The position numbers and the translations under genes are program-made. A model generated the notes under the pieces. The model saw only the letters and a list, made by a program, of their open reading frames with translations. It had not been told where the DNA came from and did no database searches. A DNA stretch of 64,000 nucleotides from Eledone cirrhosa (taxonomy: Eukaryota): the NCBI GenBank assembly GCA_964016885.1, contig OZ024741.1:203918001-203982000 (forward strand). The letters run 5' to 3'. Shown piece by piece: positions 31,406-44,035 of this stretch. How positions within the stretch are numbered: the stretch's first letter is position 1; each line of letters starts with the position of its first letter.

Positions 31406-31839
31406 TTTAGAAGAATGGTATTAGTACAGATAATAGTTATAACAGTTGTTGTTGAAAGAATAAGAATAGCCAATTTACTTTATATATAAAAAGGTTTACT
31501 TCACTTGAGTCAAAAAAGGACAATAAACAATACCACGAGTTGCGAAGGTTGACAATGTTATTCGTTGTTTATTCATGAGGCTGTTGTAGGCTGTCACCAT
31601 AGTTAGGGAGAGAGTTGCTCTTCACATGTTCACTGGAGTAGGTGAACTTAAAGTTGGAGAAGGCAGAGTTGCATCTTGATTCCCGGACGGCTGGCCATGT
31701 AAGAGAGGAAGAGGTCTCTCGCTGACTCAATATATAGTCTCCATGGGGATGTAACTCCCATTTACTTATTGTTGTTGACACTAGGGGTTACTACAGTCCC
31801 CAAGGGACGTAACTCTCATTACTTCTGGATTTCACCGCA
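31406..31839 (-). mobile_element. Probable solo LTR inserted in the minisatellite
   Basis: 434-bp unique insert with 4-bp TSD AAGC; minus strand TGCGG...CTAAA, TATA-like motif upstream of AATAAA. Confidence 0.7.
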
Positions 31840-33097
31840 AAGCTATCTATCACTGCAATCACAGCTATCCATCACTGCAGCCAAAGCTATCTATCACTGC
31901 AACCAAAGCTATCCATCACTGCAACCAAAGCTATCCATCACTGCAATCAAAGCTATCCTTCACTGCAATCAAAGCTATCTATCACTGCAACCAAAGCTAT
32001 CCATCACTGCAATCACAGCTATCCATCACTGCAATCAAAGCGATCCATCACTGCAATCACAGCTATCCATCACTGCAACCAAAGCTATCCATCACTGCAA
32101 TCAAAGCTATCTATCACTGCAATCAAAGCTATCTATCACTGCAACCAAAGCTATCCATCACTGCAATCAAAGCTATCCATCACTGCAATCAAAGCTATCC
32201 ATCACTGCAATCAAAGCTATCCATCACTGCAATCAAAGCTATCTATCACTGCAATCACAGCTATCCATCACTGCAACCAAAGCTATCCATCACTGCAACC
32301 AAAGCTATCCATCACTGCAACCAAAGCTATCCATCACTGCAACCAAAGCTATCCATCACTGCAATCAAAGCTATCCATCACTGCAATCAAAGCTATCCAT
32401 CACTGCAATCAAAGCTATCCATCACTGCAATCAAAGCTATCTATCACTGCAATCAAAGCTATCCATCACTGCAATCAAAGCTATCCATCACTGCAATCAA
32501 AGCTATCCATCACTGCAACCAAAGCTATCTATCACTGCAACCAAAGCTATCCATCACTGCAATCAAAGCTATCCATCACTGCAATCACAGCTATCCATCA
32601 CTGCAACCAAAGCTATCCATCACTGCAATCAAAGCTATCTATCACTGCAACCAAAGCTATCCATCACTGCAATCAAAGCTATCTATCACTGCAACCAAAG
32701 CTATCTATCACTGCAATCAAAGCTATCTATCACTGCAACCAAAGCTATCCATCACTGCAATCAAAGCTATCTATCACTGCAACCAAAGCTATCCATCACT
32801 GCAATCAAAGCTATCCATCACTGCAACCAAAGCTATCCATCACTGCAATCACAGCTATCCATCACTGCAATCAAAGCTATCCATCACTGCAACCAAAGCT
32901 ATCCATCACTGCAATCACAGCTATCCATCACTGCAATCAAAGCTATCCATCACTGCAATCACAGCTATCCATCACTGCAATCACAGCTATCCATCACTGC
33001 AATCAAAGCTATCCATCACTGCAATCAAAGCTATCCATCACTGCAATCAAAGCTATCCATTACTGTATTCAAAGCTATCCATCACTGTATTCAAAGC

Positions 33098-34715
33098 TGT
33101 AGTGACCTATATTCCGCGGCCTCACATACATTCTCTGTGCGTGATTTGGCTCAGCTCAGCTGATTGGGTCAGCTCAGCCAATCAGCGCCAGTAGAAGAGA
33201 GTGTATCTCTACGCGCCCTGAGGAAAAATTTCCGCTTTGATTTGAGAAATCTGTCTCTCGCATCCTGACTGTAAAAAGGTAAACAACTAACTTTCTTTCG
33301 TCGTGAAATCACTAACCAACATGTAACACAACAACTTAACCACGGCCTGGCAACACTTCAGCCAGTGGACCGTGTCTTCTGAAATCCTTAATTCATTTGT
33401 TTTATTACTCTTGGCATGCCTGCTCTACTCAGCTCTACATAGCTCAACCTTGTTAATAAATAATGTAAAACAAGCCAAAGTCGTTGTCGATGTTCTTACC
33501 ACATCTTTCTACAGAACTGGTCACTCGTGGTGCTACTAACAATAACATAGCTTAACTGTTAAATTGGTGACCTGACGTTAGGAATATCGTAAATACAAAA
33601 TATTCCTTTTAAAATTAAAAAAAATTAGCAGTATTTTAAAAAGTTTACGCCACGAGGAAATTTCAAAATGGCTACCACCAAGTACTTCTCTACTACCAGC
33701 CATCAGCAGTAACACATGGCTATCACCACTACCAAATACATCAGCAGCGGCGACAACACATGGTTAACTACAGGGAACAGGATGTGGCAGCCTTGTAACT
33801 TTACCGACGCAACCACCATACCTTCTGTGTCGTTACCACAGGGACTCGAGAAATTAAGACATCAGTCTTCTCACCACTATGGCATCAGACGTGACTGGCA
33901 TATTGGTGACTCTAGGCTCTTCAACACGAGAACTGCTAATTGCAGCTGGATTCAAACAGCTTCGCATCTCATTGCACACTCATCGTCCATAACAACCTCC
34001 ATCTTGTTACCTTACCCGACTCACCGGGAAAACAACAAATGGAACTGGACCTGTCAGCATTTCCACCATTTCTATGGATTCGCCAGAATTATGGAATTTA
34101 CATTTCAACTACTACCCACCTACAGATTCAACTTGCTTTTTTCTTTTCAAAGCAACCAGCCATTTTTTCCTGGCTGCCTAGCACTTTCGGCAATACATCT
34201 GGGAGGCCGACATTTTCTCGCCTACCCATCATCTTCTTGCCAGCACTGGTAAACTACCATAACAGCTTCACCCACAGCTACTGGTACAGCACTTACCATT
34301 AACATTTAATGCAAGAACAGCAACTTCGCCCATGTCAGACTTTATCCGTTTTCTGTTAGACCCTTCGTGGTCACGTATAAACTACAAAACAGCTAGTCAT
34401 TTGATACAGTGGCTCAACACGGCCCTTAACGCCTCATTTTTTTTCTTGCATGCATCCTTCTGCTCAATTATTTTTTCACTGATGTGCTCTTTCAGCATTT
34501 TTTCCTGCTGATTCAATAATCTGTATCGTCTTACGACTAGAGGGGGAGTATTGTAGAGACCTACATTCCGCGGGCTCACATACATTCTCTGTGCATGATT
34601 TGGCTCAGCTCAGCCAATCAGCGCCAGTAGAAGAGAATGTATCTCTACGTGTCAATGTTCATACCACATCTTTCTACAGAACTGGTCACTTGTGGTGCTA
34701 CTAACAATAATTATC
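33098..34715 (+). mobile_element. Non-autonomous or degraded LTR element inserted in the minisatellite
   Basis: 5' LTR 33098-33563 (TGTAG...TTAAA), PBS tggtgacctgacgt, PPT agagggggag at about 34539-34548, internally deleted 3' LTR from 34552. Confidence 0.85.
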
Positions 34716-34933
34716 TGAAACTGTATTCAAAGCTATCCATCACTGCAATCAAAGCTATCCATCACTGTATTCAAAGCTATCCATCACTGCAATCAAAGCT
34801 ATCCATCACTGTATTCAAAGCAATCCATATCTGTATTCAAATCCATACATATCTAGCATATCTATCTTTGAATGTTTTTTAGACTAAAACTTGTCATATT
34901 TTATTTTCTGCTTCCTTACTTCATCTTCTGCAG

Positions 34934-35137
34934 GGAAACATTGAGTTTGAAGTGAATGAGGAAATCCTTGGTGTATCTTCTAATTGTAACCTCTCAGTAA
35001 TTGCTTCCTTGTTGTCCATTGATGTTGACAATTTAGAAACAACCTTGTGTTCACGTGTGGTAGCAGCTGGAGGTGATGTTGTACGAAAGGAATTCACAAT
35101 GTCAGATGCTATCTATACACGTGATGCTCTAGCTAAG
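34934..35137 (+). CDS. myo1d: Myosin I exon GNIEF...SRVVAAGGDVVRKEFTMSDAIYTRDALAK
   Basis: ctgcag acceptor, gtaagc donor, 204 nt; contains the RDALAK motif. Confidence 0.95.
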
Positions 35138-36585
35138 GTAAGCTAATATTTTATATATTATATTTTAGTGTATGAGATATGACTGAGATAGTAGTGCAAC
35201 CAACTAAATGTATAGAAGTGATAGGAAAGGCATCCAACTGTAGAAACCATGCCAAAATGTTGATAGGAGAGGCATCCAGGAGAGACAGAGTGAGCTTGTT
35301 CAAGGGAGAGATAGCGAGACCCTGTTCTATACAACATCATCACTTTTGATAAGAATTGAAATCATGATCATGATTATTGATCACATTTGTTCTTTCCAGT
35401 TTGAGTTACTGTATATAACCCAATCCAAATATAAGCCAACCCCCAATTCTATGTCTGAGAAATAGGCAAAAATTCAAACTTCATAACTGAGGCAGGTAAT
35501 GAACACATTATGTTTAGTTGGTGTGGTTTTGAAATTCTTACAAGTGGAGAATATATTTATGAAGTTTTAACATTTTGATATTTAAAATCTAAGTGTCATT
35601 TAGAGTACAATTTTGATTTCATAACTCCATTATGTAGTGATTTTTTTACCAATTTCTGACCATAAAAAACAATAAGATACCGAAGGAACAGAAGTGTAAA
35701 CCTATTTATGTAGAGGTTTTGTAAATAACCAAACAACCTATTTTTTATGATAGCTCATTTATATATATAGTGTAAAATTGATAGGCTGCTATTAATTAGT
35801 GGTGGTATTTGATATAGGTTTTAGTCACTATCCTTTTTAACATTCTTTCATTCACAGAAATAATACTCATATGCTTTTGTTATAATATATCCAGTTAATG
35901 AAAACATGTTCAGTTTTAGTTTGAAGAGATAGGCAGTATCGGTAGACACCACGAGTCATGGCATTCTGAGTTCAAGTCCCACTGAGGTTAGCTTTGCCTT
36001 TCATCCTTATGGAGTCGATGGGGGTGGTGGCTTACATTTGAGGTCAATAATTTGCCGATTTTCACCAACTTCAAAATTCTATGCAAATAAGGTGCTAAAA
36101 TATTTTCACTTTGGAGGTGAATATTACACCAATTTCATTTTCAACGTGAAATGTATTTCTTCATCATCATCATCATTTAGCGTGGAAGATGGACATTAAA
36201 CCTATTGTATGTTTCCATATACACTTCTATTCTGAACCATGCTGTGCTAGTGCTAATTAATATTAGCACATCAAGCTTATGCTATATATAAACATTATCA
36301 TCAAAACTGATTTATTTACAAAACTTATAAAATGTACGACTTTAGTACTTCAGTATCTCATAGTAAGTGAGCATATACTAAAAATGAATTTAAAATTCTG
36401 AATTACATGTACAGCTCTCTTACATGAGTTGGGGTCTGAGGTAAATTTGATATGACCACAGAATGAAATACTCACAGTAAGACTATATATGTATGTTTGT
36501 TATACATAAATATACTGTGTATATTTCCATATACTTCTCTATACTGAATCACGTTGTATTAGTACTACTGCTAATTACTACTATA

Positions 36586-37036
36586 CTAGCAGAAAAACCA
36601 TTGTATATTGATATTATATGCAAGTATATATGCATGTAGATATGATACATCAAATAAAATCGTAATTGACAATATACACAGAAATTGAACGAAGACTGTG
36701 TTACACTCTCTTATGTAATCAGTAACGTAATCCATGATACATTAAAAAAAAGATGATATTATATATAAACTGCATTAGGAGAAAATTAGTGACAGAAATA
36801 TATGAATATTTATTTAAATGATCGCTAACCGGAAGTGTTGACATTTGAAAATTTTAAAGAAGTGAATCTTTAAATAAGTAATAAAATATATTTAATGAAC
36901 AACCACGAAATTTAGTAGATAAATTATGTAATATTCATTCATTATTTATTCAAAGTAATCCAACTTATTTTACTAAGAGGATAAAAAATTATAAACCGTA
37001 CGCAGTCCCGCACTTTTTACTTTATTATAGTTTAGA
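36586..37036 (-). mobile_element. Non-autonomous Helitron, family B (internally deleted copy)
   Basis: Colinear with 17299-17861; TC and CTAG termini kept, hairpin partly lost. Confidence 0.78.
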
Positions 37037-37988
37037 TTGTGGTTCCATACAGTTGTCTTAGTAGATATCCATAGAAGTAAAGATAGTAGTCCTCATGATC
37101 TCTATATGTATAAATAAGTTTAAAAGTTTCTACTTTGATAAGTAGCATAGGGAATTAACCCTTTAGTTACCAATCTGACCTAAACCGGCTCTGGTTCTTT
37201 GGAACAAAACCACCCTTTTAAAGGTTTCCAATTTAAATTAAAATCTTTCAACAGAATTTTATATAAGAACCTTACATTAAGTTGCTATCTTAGTAATAAA
37301 ATAATTAATAATTTTAGAAAATCCCTCAATTATTCTTCATTAATTAATTAAAATAGAATATATTTTATTAGAAATGTGGTCATGAAAAGGTTAATATGAC
37401 TGTATGACACCTTGAGCAAGTGTCTTCTACTATAACCTCAGGTTAGCTAATGCCATGTGAGTAAAATTTGGTAGACAGAAACTACAAAAGCCCATTGTGA
37501 GCATATGTGTGTGTGTATCATCGCCGTCATCACTGCTTAACCTCTTTTTTCTATGCTTGCATGATTTAGAGGAGTTGTCTCATTATGAGGCTAGACAGGT
37601 CAAATGACCATGTCTTGCTCATATGGATTTGTTTTGGGCTTTGTTTCTATGGCTGGATGCTTTTCCTAAGGCAAACTACATTAGTGTGTACAAGGTGTTT
37701 TTGTCAAAGCTGGAATGGTACAACCAACATGGAGTGCTTAATCCTGCTCATACTTAAATTAATTGATTATTGTGATGTAAGTGCCACACTTCTAATTAAT
37801 TTGTTATTTATTTAAATGAAGAGAATGTCTGTCTGTATGTATGTATGTGTGTGTGTATGTGTGTGTCTGTGTGTGTGTGTCAATTTACCTCCCCACCTAT
37901 CCTACTGTGCCCAAACTTTAAGTCAGCACTACATGAATGGCCATGCATCCATACTTAATTTATTCTCAGTTCTGCTATTTCATTACAG

Positions 37989-38134
37989 GCCACGTATGAC
38001 CGTATGTTTACCTGGATTGTTGATCGGATTAATGAGGCTATTGATGTGACTGCTACTGGTTTCGCTTCATCTCACAACAATACTGTCATTGGAGTACTTG
38101 ATATATACGGTTTTGAGATCTTTGAAAATAATAG
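37989..38134 (+). CDS. myo1d: Myosin I exon [15 protein letters not shown]...[16 protein letters not shown] (switch II)
   Basis: tacag acceptor, gtcagt donor, 146 nt ending phase 2; switch-II DIYGFE motif. Confidence 0.96.
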
Positions 38135-38778
38135 GTCAGTTAATCTTTTAATGCATGCTCTTAATTTCTATTATTTGTTCATTATGTAACACATAGGCTG
38201 AATGGTTAGGAAGGTCACTTAGTAATTATGAGGTGCCAGGTTCAATCCCACTGGATGACATCTTGTTAAGAGTCATTTACCATAGCCTTGGGTTGAACCA
38301 AGTATAGTGAGTGCAATTTGGTAGATGGAAACTGTATGGAAGCCCATCAGATGGATTGTATCTGTTACTCAAAGGTCCAACCTTCTCACATATTGTGTTG
38401 CACTGATTCAATTTCAGAATTATATTACGGGTACATGTGTTTATGGAATACTCAACACATTTTATTATGGCACCATCACTAGAGACGTTGTTTTGTCCTT
38501 GACACAATTGAAAGGGACCTTTCGACCCTTTTGGCATACATTTTACAACTGGATGCCCTTCCTAACACCAGAGAAAGTTGTTTCATTATCAAATTCCTCT
38601 AAATTCATCATTATTTTAAAACCACAGTTGGTGTCTTTCATTAGAATGTTGTAGTAATAAAAGGGTTGATGATCTAAAAAAATGTGTTTACTTCTACCTT
38701 TGTGTTTGAAGTATTTATGGTTAGGCAGACTTACCTTCAACCATCATTTGCTTTAGTTAATATTTTTTTATTTTTTAG

Positions 38779-38893
38779 TTTTGAGCAGTTTTGCATTAAT
38801 TATTGCAATGAGAAATTGCAGCAGTTGTTTATTGAGTTGGTTTTGAAACAAGAACAAGATGAATACAACAATGAGGGTATTGAATGGGTACAT
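38779..38893 (+). CDS. myo1d: Myosin I exon (S)[38 protein letters not shown] (relay helix)
   Basis: ttttag acceptor, gtaagt donor, 115 nt, phase compatible with both neighbours. Confidence 0.96.
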
Positions 38894-39494
38894 GTAAGTA
38901 TACCCCTTCCTTGATTTTACTCTATAGCTTATACAGAAGGATAGCAAGGGGGTGTGAGAAGAGACAAAATTTTCTTCTGGCTTATGTTGCCTGTTAACTA
39001 ACTCACAACATCCTGCAAGGATTTAGCAGAAAATATCTAAGAGCTAGTTTCTTAATTCAAATGTTTGTTGTACCTTTACTACTGGACAGATCATTGTAAA
39101 AATTGCAGTGTTAGAGATTTTGATTTTTAATGTGATGCAGTCATTGTGTTGTTTTATACTTTTCAAAAATATTTTGCTAATATGGTTTGTTAATTCAAAT
39201 GTTTATAATGTCTTTACACCAGAGGACAAATGGTTGTGTAAATTTGTATTATTAAAGACTTTAATTTTCAATATGATATGTCATAGCAATGTTTTGTACT
39301 TTTCCTACTAATGTGGTTTTGTGTGGTATTGGAAGTTAAGAATTAAGGTTGCGGGTAATAGATTCTGTAATAATTTATAAATTATGCTGTATGATTCATA
39401 AACTATACTGTATGATATTTCTAAAATCTTAGATTGTGAATTTTTAATGAAATAAATTGTCTTTAATAGTTAAAACATAATGTTTTCTTAATAG

Positions 39495-39605
39495 GTTGAG
39501 TATTTCAACAACAAAATAATCTGTAATTTAGTTGAACAACCGCACAAAGGTATCTTGGCTTTAATGGACGAAGCTTGTCTTACCCCAGGAAAAATGACAG
39601 ATGAG
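39495..39605 (+). CDS. myo1d: Myosin I exon [37 protein letters not shown]
   Basis: aatag acceptor, gtaggt donor, 111 nt; YFNN.IIC.LVE...GI..LDEAC motif of class I myosins. Confidence 0.95.
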
Positions 39606-39930
39606 GTAGGTTTACGTTTATTCTAAAAGACTTTATAACTTATCCTATTTCTATATGGGGAAAAACAAGACTATCTGATGTCTTTGTGTCATTAACAGAG
39701 TGAACTGGACAGTGAAGCCAGTTTGTGGACTGATTTCTTAACTCGTGCTCTACAGTCACTACTAGAAAACTATAAAGTTGTCGACTAATTTAACTCTTTT
39801 GATATCAAACCTCCTGATACTCCCTTTGGTTCTACAATACAAAACTGCTTGTTTCAAAATTCTTATATTTATTTTTTTAAATAGACACTGTCTTTCTTTA
39901 AATATATAGCAACAAAAGGATTAAAGTATT

Positions 39931-41924
39931 TTTAGCGAGAGTACAGGGTTGTATGAGTGTAACAAGGAATACATTGTTTGTGTGTATAATATTTAATTAA
40001 CAATGGTAGATAGTATAGTTGACATGTCAAAGAAATAGATGATAGAATGAAACAAAGTTAGTCGTTACCGTTTTGATTGCCAGGCAAACGCGGCTGGCAG
40101 AGGACGCCTGGCTAAGGCCAGCCAGGCGCCGGAAGGCCAAATGAGAGGCAGAGCCAAATGAGAGAGTGAGAACTTAAAGTTGTTAGTTTTATAGGGTTCT
40201 GACCGGAAGTTACAGAAAGAGTTCTACTTCCCGTCTAGATGTTAATCCAAACAAGGGAGACAACCGCTACATAACCTCCCGCCAGAATTTTAGAATATAA
40301 AAATCGAATTGAAATATGTAGCAAGTTGGCGAGAATGTTGTAACAGGCATGAAAATTACGACAAAAGAATGTTTGCAAAAATCAATGATAGATATCAAGG
40401 TAGTAAAGTAAGAGAAGGGCTCAAAGTTCAAATGTACAAAATATAGTTCACAGGTGTGCAATCACATGACAGCAGGAAAGAAAGTGTGTTCCAGAGAATG
40501 AATGCAGGTGGTCTCTGTTCTGTGGTATATCGTGAAATTTCCAACCTCCGAATGGATTTTCTCACAGGAAGAGTGCTGCAAAAATAAATTCTCTGGCTTT
40601 GGTTGTTGGTGAAGCTGTGTTGATGTATTGCTGTTGCTGTTGCTGCTGTATTGCTGCTGCTGCTGCTGTTGCTGCTGTATTGCTGTTGCTGCTGCTGTTG
40701 CTGTTATATTGCTGTTGCTGCTGCTGTTGCTGCTGTATTGCTGTTGCTGCTGTATTGCTGTTGCTGCTGCTGTTGTCTCGCTGAGTGAGCGTATTCGGTG
40801 TTTAAATTCACAGTAAAAAAAAATTTTTTTTTTTAGAAAAAATGAGTTGCGCAAAGTGCTAGAAATAGCAGCCGAAGTTGATGGTCGATGTTGAGAATGC
40901 GTTGACCTGGAAGGGTCAAGAGGCCAGCGACCAAAGAAATAAGCATTCTGAATAAATGCGCAGTTTTCAACGGCAAATTTACGTAGTAAATTTTTAAACC
41001 GGCAAATAGGAGAATATAGCTTAAGGCTGAAGAATCCTTGGCGAGAAACGTTATCTCTGGCGTGCGGCTATCTCTGTGAGTCGCGAATTTGTGCTGCCTA
41101 CACGTGCCAATACAAGGTTGAAAAAATAATATTTCTAACGCGCGAGAAAATGATAGTGCAATTTTGAAAGTGACAATGATGAAAAAGAAAGGCTTCACTC
41201 AGCATAATTATTGGTGTGAACTTTGGAAAAAAAACTTGAACGATGAAGAAAACGATGAACAAAAAGGCAATGGGTCATCGAAAATAAATGTTCCTGTTGA
41301 AATGTTTTTTATTTTTTTTGTTTTGAAAGTGTTCGTTGTAAGAAACGAGAATATATATCGTGAAATGCGACAGTTGATGCGTGAGAGAAAAAGTCTGTCT
41401 GAACGCGAATTCCACATGTGCGTGTGTCCGTTTCTTTGAGTATTTTCATAGTTTGTCGATAAATTTGCTGTGTATTCGTAATGTTACCCACACAACTCCA
41501 GAATCTGCTATCTTTTTCTTTTTTCGGGGTGACCACTTATAGCGATGAACGGCTGCGTGTTCGTATCACGTCAGGGTTACCAATTTAGCGAGAGTACTGG
41601 GTTGTATGAGTGTAACAAGGAATACATTGTTTGTGTGTATAATATTTAATTAACAATGGTAGATAGTATAGTTGACATGTCAAAGAAATAGATGATAGAA
41701 TGAAACAAAGTTAGTCGTTACCGTTTTGATTGCCAGGCAAACGCGGCTGGCAGAGGACGCCTGGCTAAGGCCAGCCAGGCGCCGGAAGGCCAAATGAGAG
41801 GCAGAGCCAAATGAGAGAGTGAGAACTTAAAGTTGTTAGTTTTATAGGGTTCTGACCGGAAGTTACAGAAAGGGTTCTACTTCCCGTCTAGATGTTAATC
41901 CAAACAAGGGAGACAACCGCTACA
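39931..41924 (-). mobile_element. Non-autonomous LTR retrotransposon (Gypsy-type, TRIM-like)
   Basis: 341-bp LTRs 39931-40271 and 41584-41924 (two differences seen by eye), TATT TSD, tRNA-Trp PBS 41551-41582, purine-rich tract next to the left LTR, non-coding interior with a CAG/CAA-type repeat. Confidence 0.92.
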
Positions 41925-43468
41925 TATTTATATTTAAAAACCTTCAATCATATTTTTTATGTTCTTATACCAGCTTTTTATGTTCTTTTTTATGTTCTTT
42001 TTATGTTCTTATACCAGCTTAGTTATGAGAAACTTTGTTATATTACTAAATCTCTCTAAATTGATTATTTTAAAAATTACTTGAAAATTATAGGGATTAT
42101 ATTTCTTTAGAAATATAACAAATGGGTTAATATCTTAACCAATAGGATATTGGTTAAGTTATGGTCTAGAATACCCTGACCACATAAATCAATTTTTTCT
42201 TTATTACCCAACTTTTAAATTTATTGATGAATGAAAATAATTTTCCCACCTTAGAGCAAAGCTATATATGATCCATTAGTAAAACACAATGGAAATTTTC
42301 CTACAATTCACCTAAGATATGAAATCAGTGAATAAAGACAATTATTGATTATAGTGAACACCAGTAATCTAAATATAGAGAAAGAGAGAAAAGCCATTGA
42401 AGTAGAAATGAGCAAAGATCAAATATTACCAGATATTACAATGTTACAAGATGTTGCTTTACTTTAATATTTTACAAATCAATATTTACAAGATGTTAAC
42501 TCTTTCATGATTGTATTTCTACTGAAATACTTTATTTCAATTAAATTAATGAAGAATTTTGTGGGGTTTACTAAAATTATTCGTTTAAACAATGATTGAC
42601 TTAAGAGACATTGGGAAATTTTGAAAGTTGTAATGCCTGCAACTTAAATGGCCATACTAATAATAGTAAATCAATATAAATAATAGTTGAGAAAATCAAG
42701 TAAAGTACCCCTGGTGATGGAGAAAAGTAAACAGAGGTGGCTGCAAGGAATGTAATCATATATCTCTCATGGTTCAATTCCTTGCAGGCACCTCTGTCCA
42801 TATTTTTATGTCTTTAGACACACTTCACAGATTTTCGAAACTATCATTTAAAGAGATTGACAATTATTATTATGGTCGTTTGTATTAGGACACACATACA
42901 TTTCAAATTATTATTTCATTACAAAGATAGTAACTTATACATATGGTTCTTATATAAAACTATGTTGGAAGATTTTAATTTAAATAAGAGCCCTTTAAAA
43001 TGGATCGTTTTGTTTGATAGAACCAAAGCTCGTTTTCGGCAAGTTGGTATCAAGAGATTTAAATAGGAACACTTTAAAATGAGTAGTTTTGTTTTATAGA
43101 ACCAGTGCATGTTTTGGCCTGTTTGGTATCAAATGGGTTTTAAAACATTGGAATACCTGAAGTACTTTTGTTAATAATTTCTGCCATTTTGTTAAATCTA
43201 TTCAACTTAGACAGTAATTTTTATATAATTTTTCCTTCATAATTCTGCCTACTAGGTGAAAAAATTACATTCTTTTGCGTAAATATTTTTTATTTGAATT
43301 ATTTTTGTAAAGGGTTATCTCCCTTGAAAGAAACGTAAGAATTTCTGTAGCCTCCCTTGTTTCCAACTCCAAAAGTAATTTCTATCTTATATTGAATAAA
43401 CTCTCAATCTTTATAGTCTCTTTGCCTCTTTTTTTTTTTCTCTAAATATTGTCATTTTTATTTTTTAG

Positions 43469-43528
43469 AAATTTTTAGAAGAACTTTCCAAAACTCTCAA
43501 CAAGCATGAACATTTTTCTTCCCGTGCT
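43469..43528 (+). CDS. myo1d: Myosin I exon KFLEELSKTLNKHEHFSSRA
   Basis: ttttag acceptor, gtaagt donor, 60 nt phase 0/0; bridges the TDE and DFRVKHYAG segments as expected. Confidence 0.88.
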
Positions 43529-43889
43529 GTAAGTAATTTTTTTACTACAATAATTGTTTGTCAGTAAAATGGTTTTATTCGATGGGATAGCATATCACTA
43601 TATCTCCACATCATATGGGAGGAACCTATACAACATGAAGAGATATTTTCAATTTAAAAAAATGTTTTCTAATTTAGGCACATTGGTTAGTTTGTGCTGT
43701 TATCATTGACCACTATATACATACACATGCACGGATGCATGCACTCATTCATTCATTCTAGACAATGTTTTGTTGCCAATCAGTTTATTATATAAAATAT
43801 TTAATTATTGAAATTTAATATTTTGAACCAAGTAATTAATATTATACTAGTGAGTGACGTGAGAATTTATCTACTTGTTTGTTCTATAG

Positions 43890-44035
43890 TTGGCACCAGC
43901 AGATAAGACTATGGAACATGGGCGAGACTTTCGGGTAAAACATTATGCTGGGAATGTAACCTACAATGTTAATGGCTTTTTGGATAAAAATAAGGACGCC
44001 CTCTATCAAGATATCAAAAGAATGTTATATAATAG
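43890..44035 (+). CDS. myo1d: Myosin I exon [48 protein letters not shown]
   Basis: ctatag acceptor, gtaagt donor, 146 nt; HYAG.V.Y...GF.DKNKD motif. Confidence 0.96.

Larger units (their letters stand above)
30895..34845. repeat. 22-bp minisatellite (aaagctatccatcactgcaatc) interrupted by two LTR insertions
   Basis: Arrays at about 30895-31405, 31840-33097 and 34721-34845. Confidence 0.95.

Noticed and set aside
30895-33097. CRISPR-like array
   Set aside because: Units are contiguous with no unique spacers, there are no cas genes, and the context is a eukaryotic intron
31769-33163. 464-aa ORF with 22-aa periodicity
   Set aside because: Read-through of a stop-free 22-bp minisatellite cycling through all three frames; starts inside an LTR
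40462-40854. Poly-Q/A/S or poly-C/L ORFs
   Set aside because: Trinucleotide-like repeat inside a non-coding LTR element
41551-41582. tRNA-Trp gene
   Set aside because: Only the 3' 32 nt with encoded CCA, adjacent to an LTR; it is a primer-binding site
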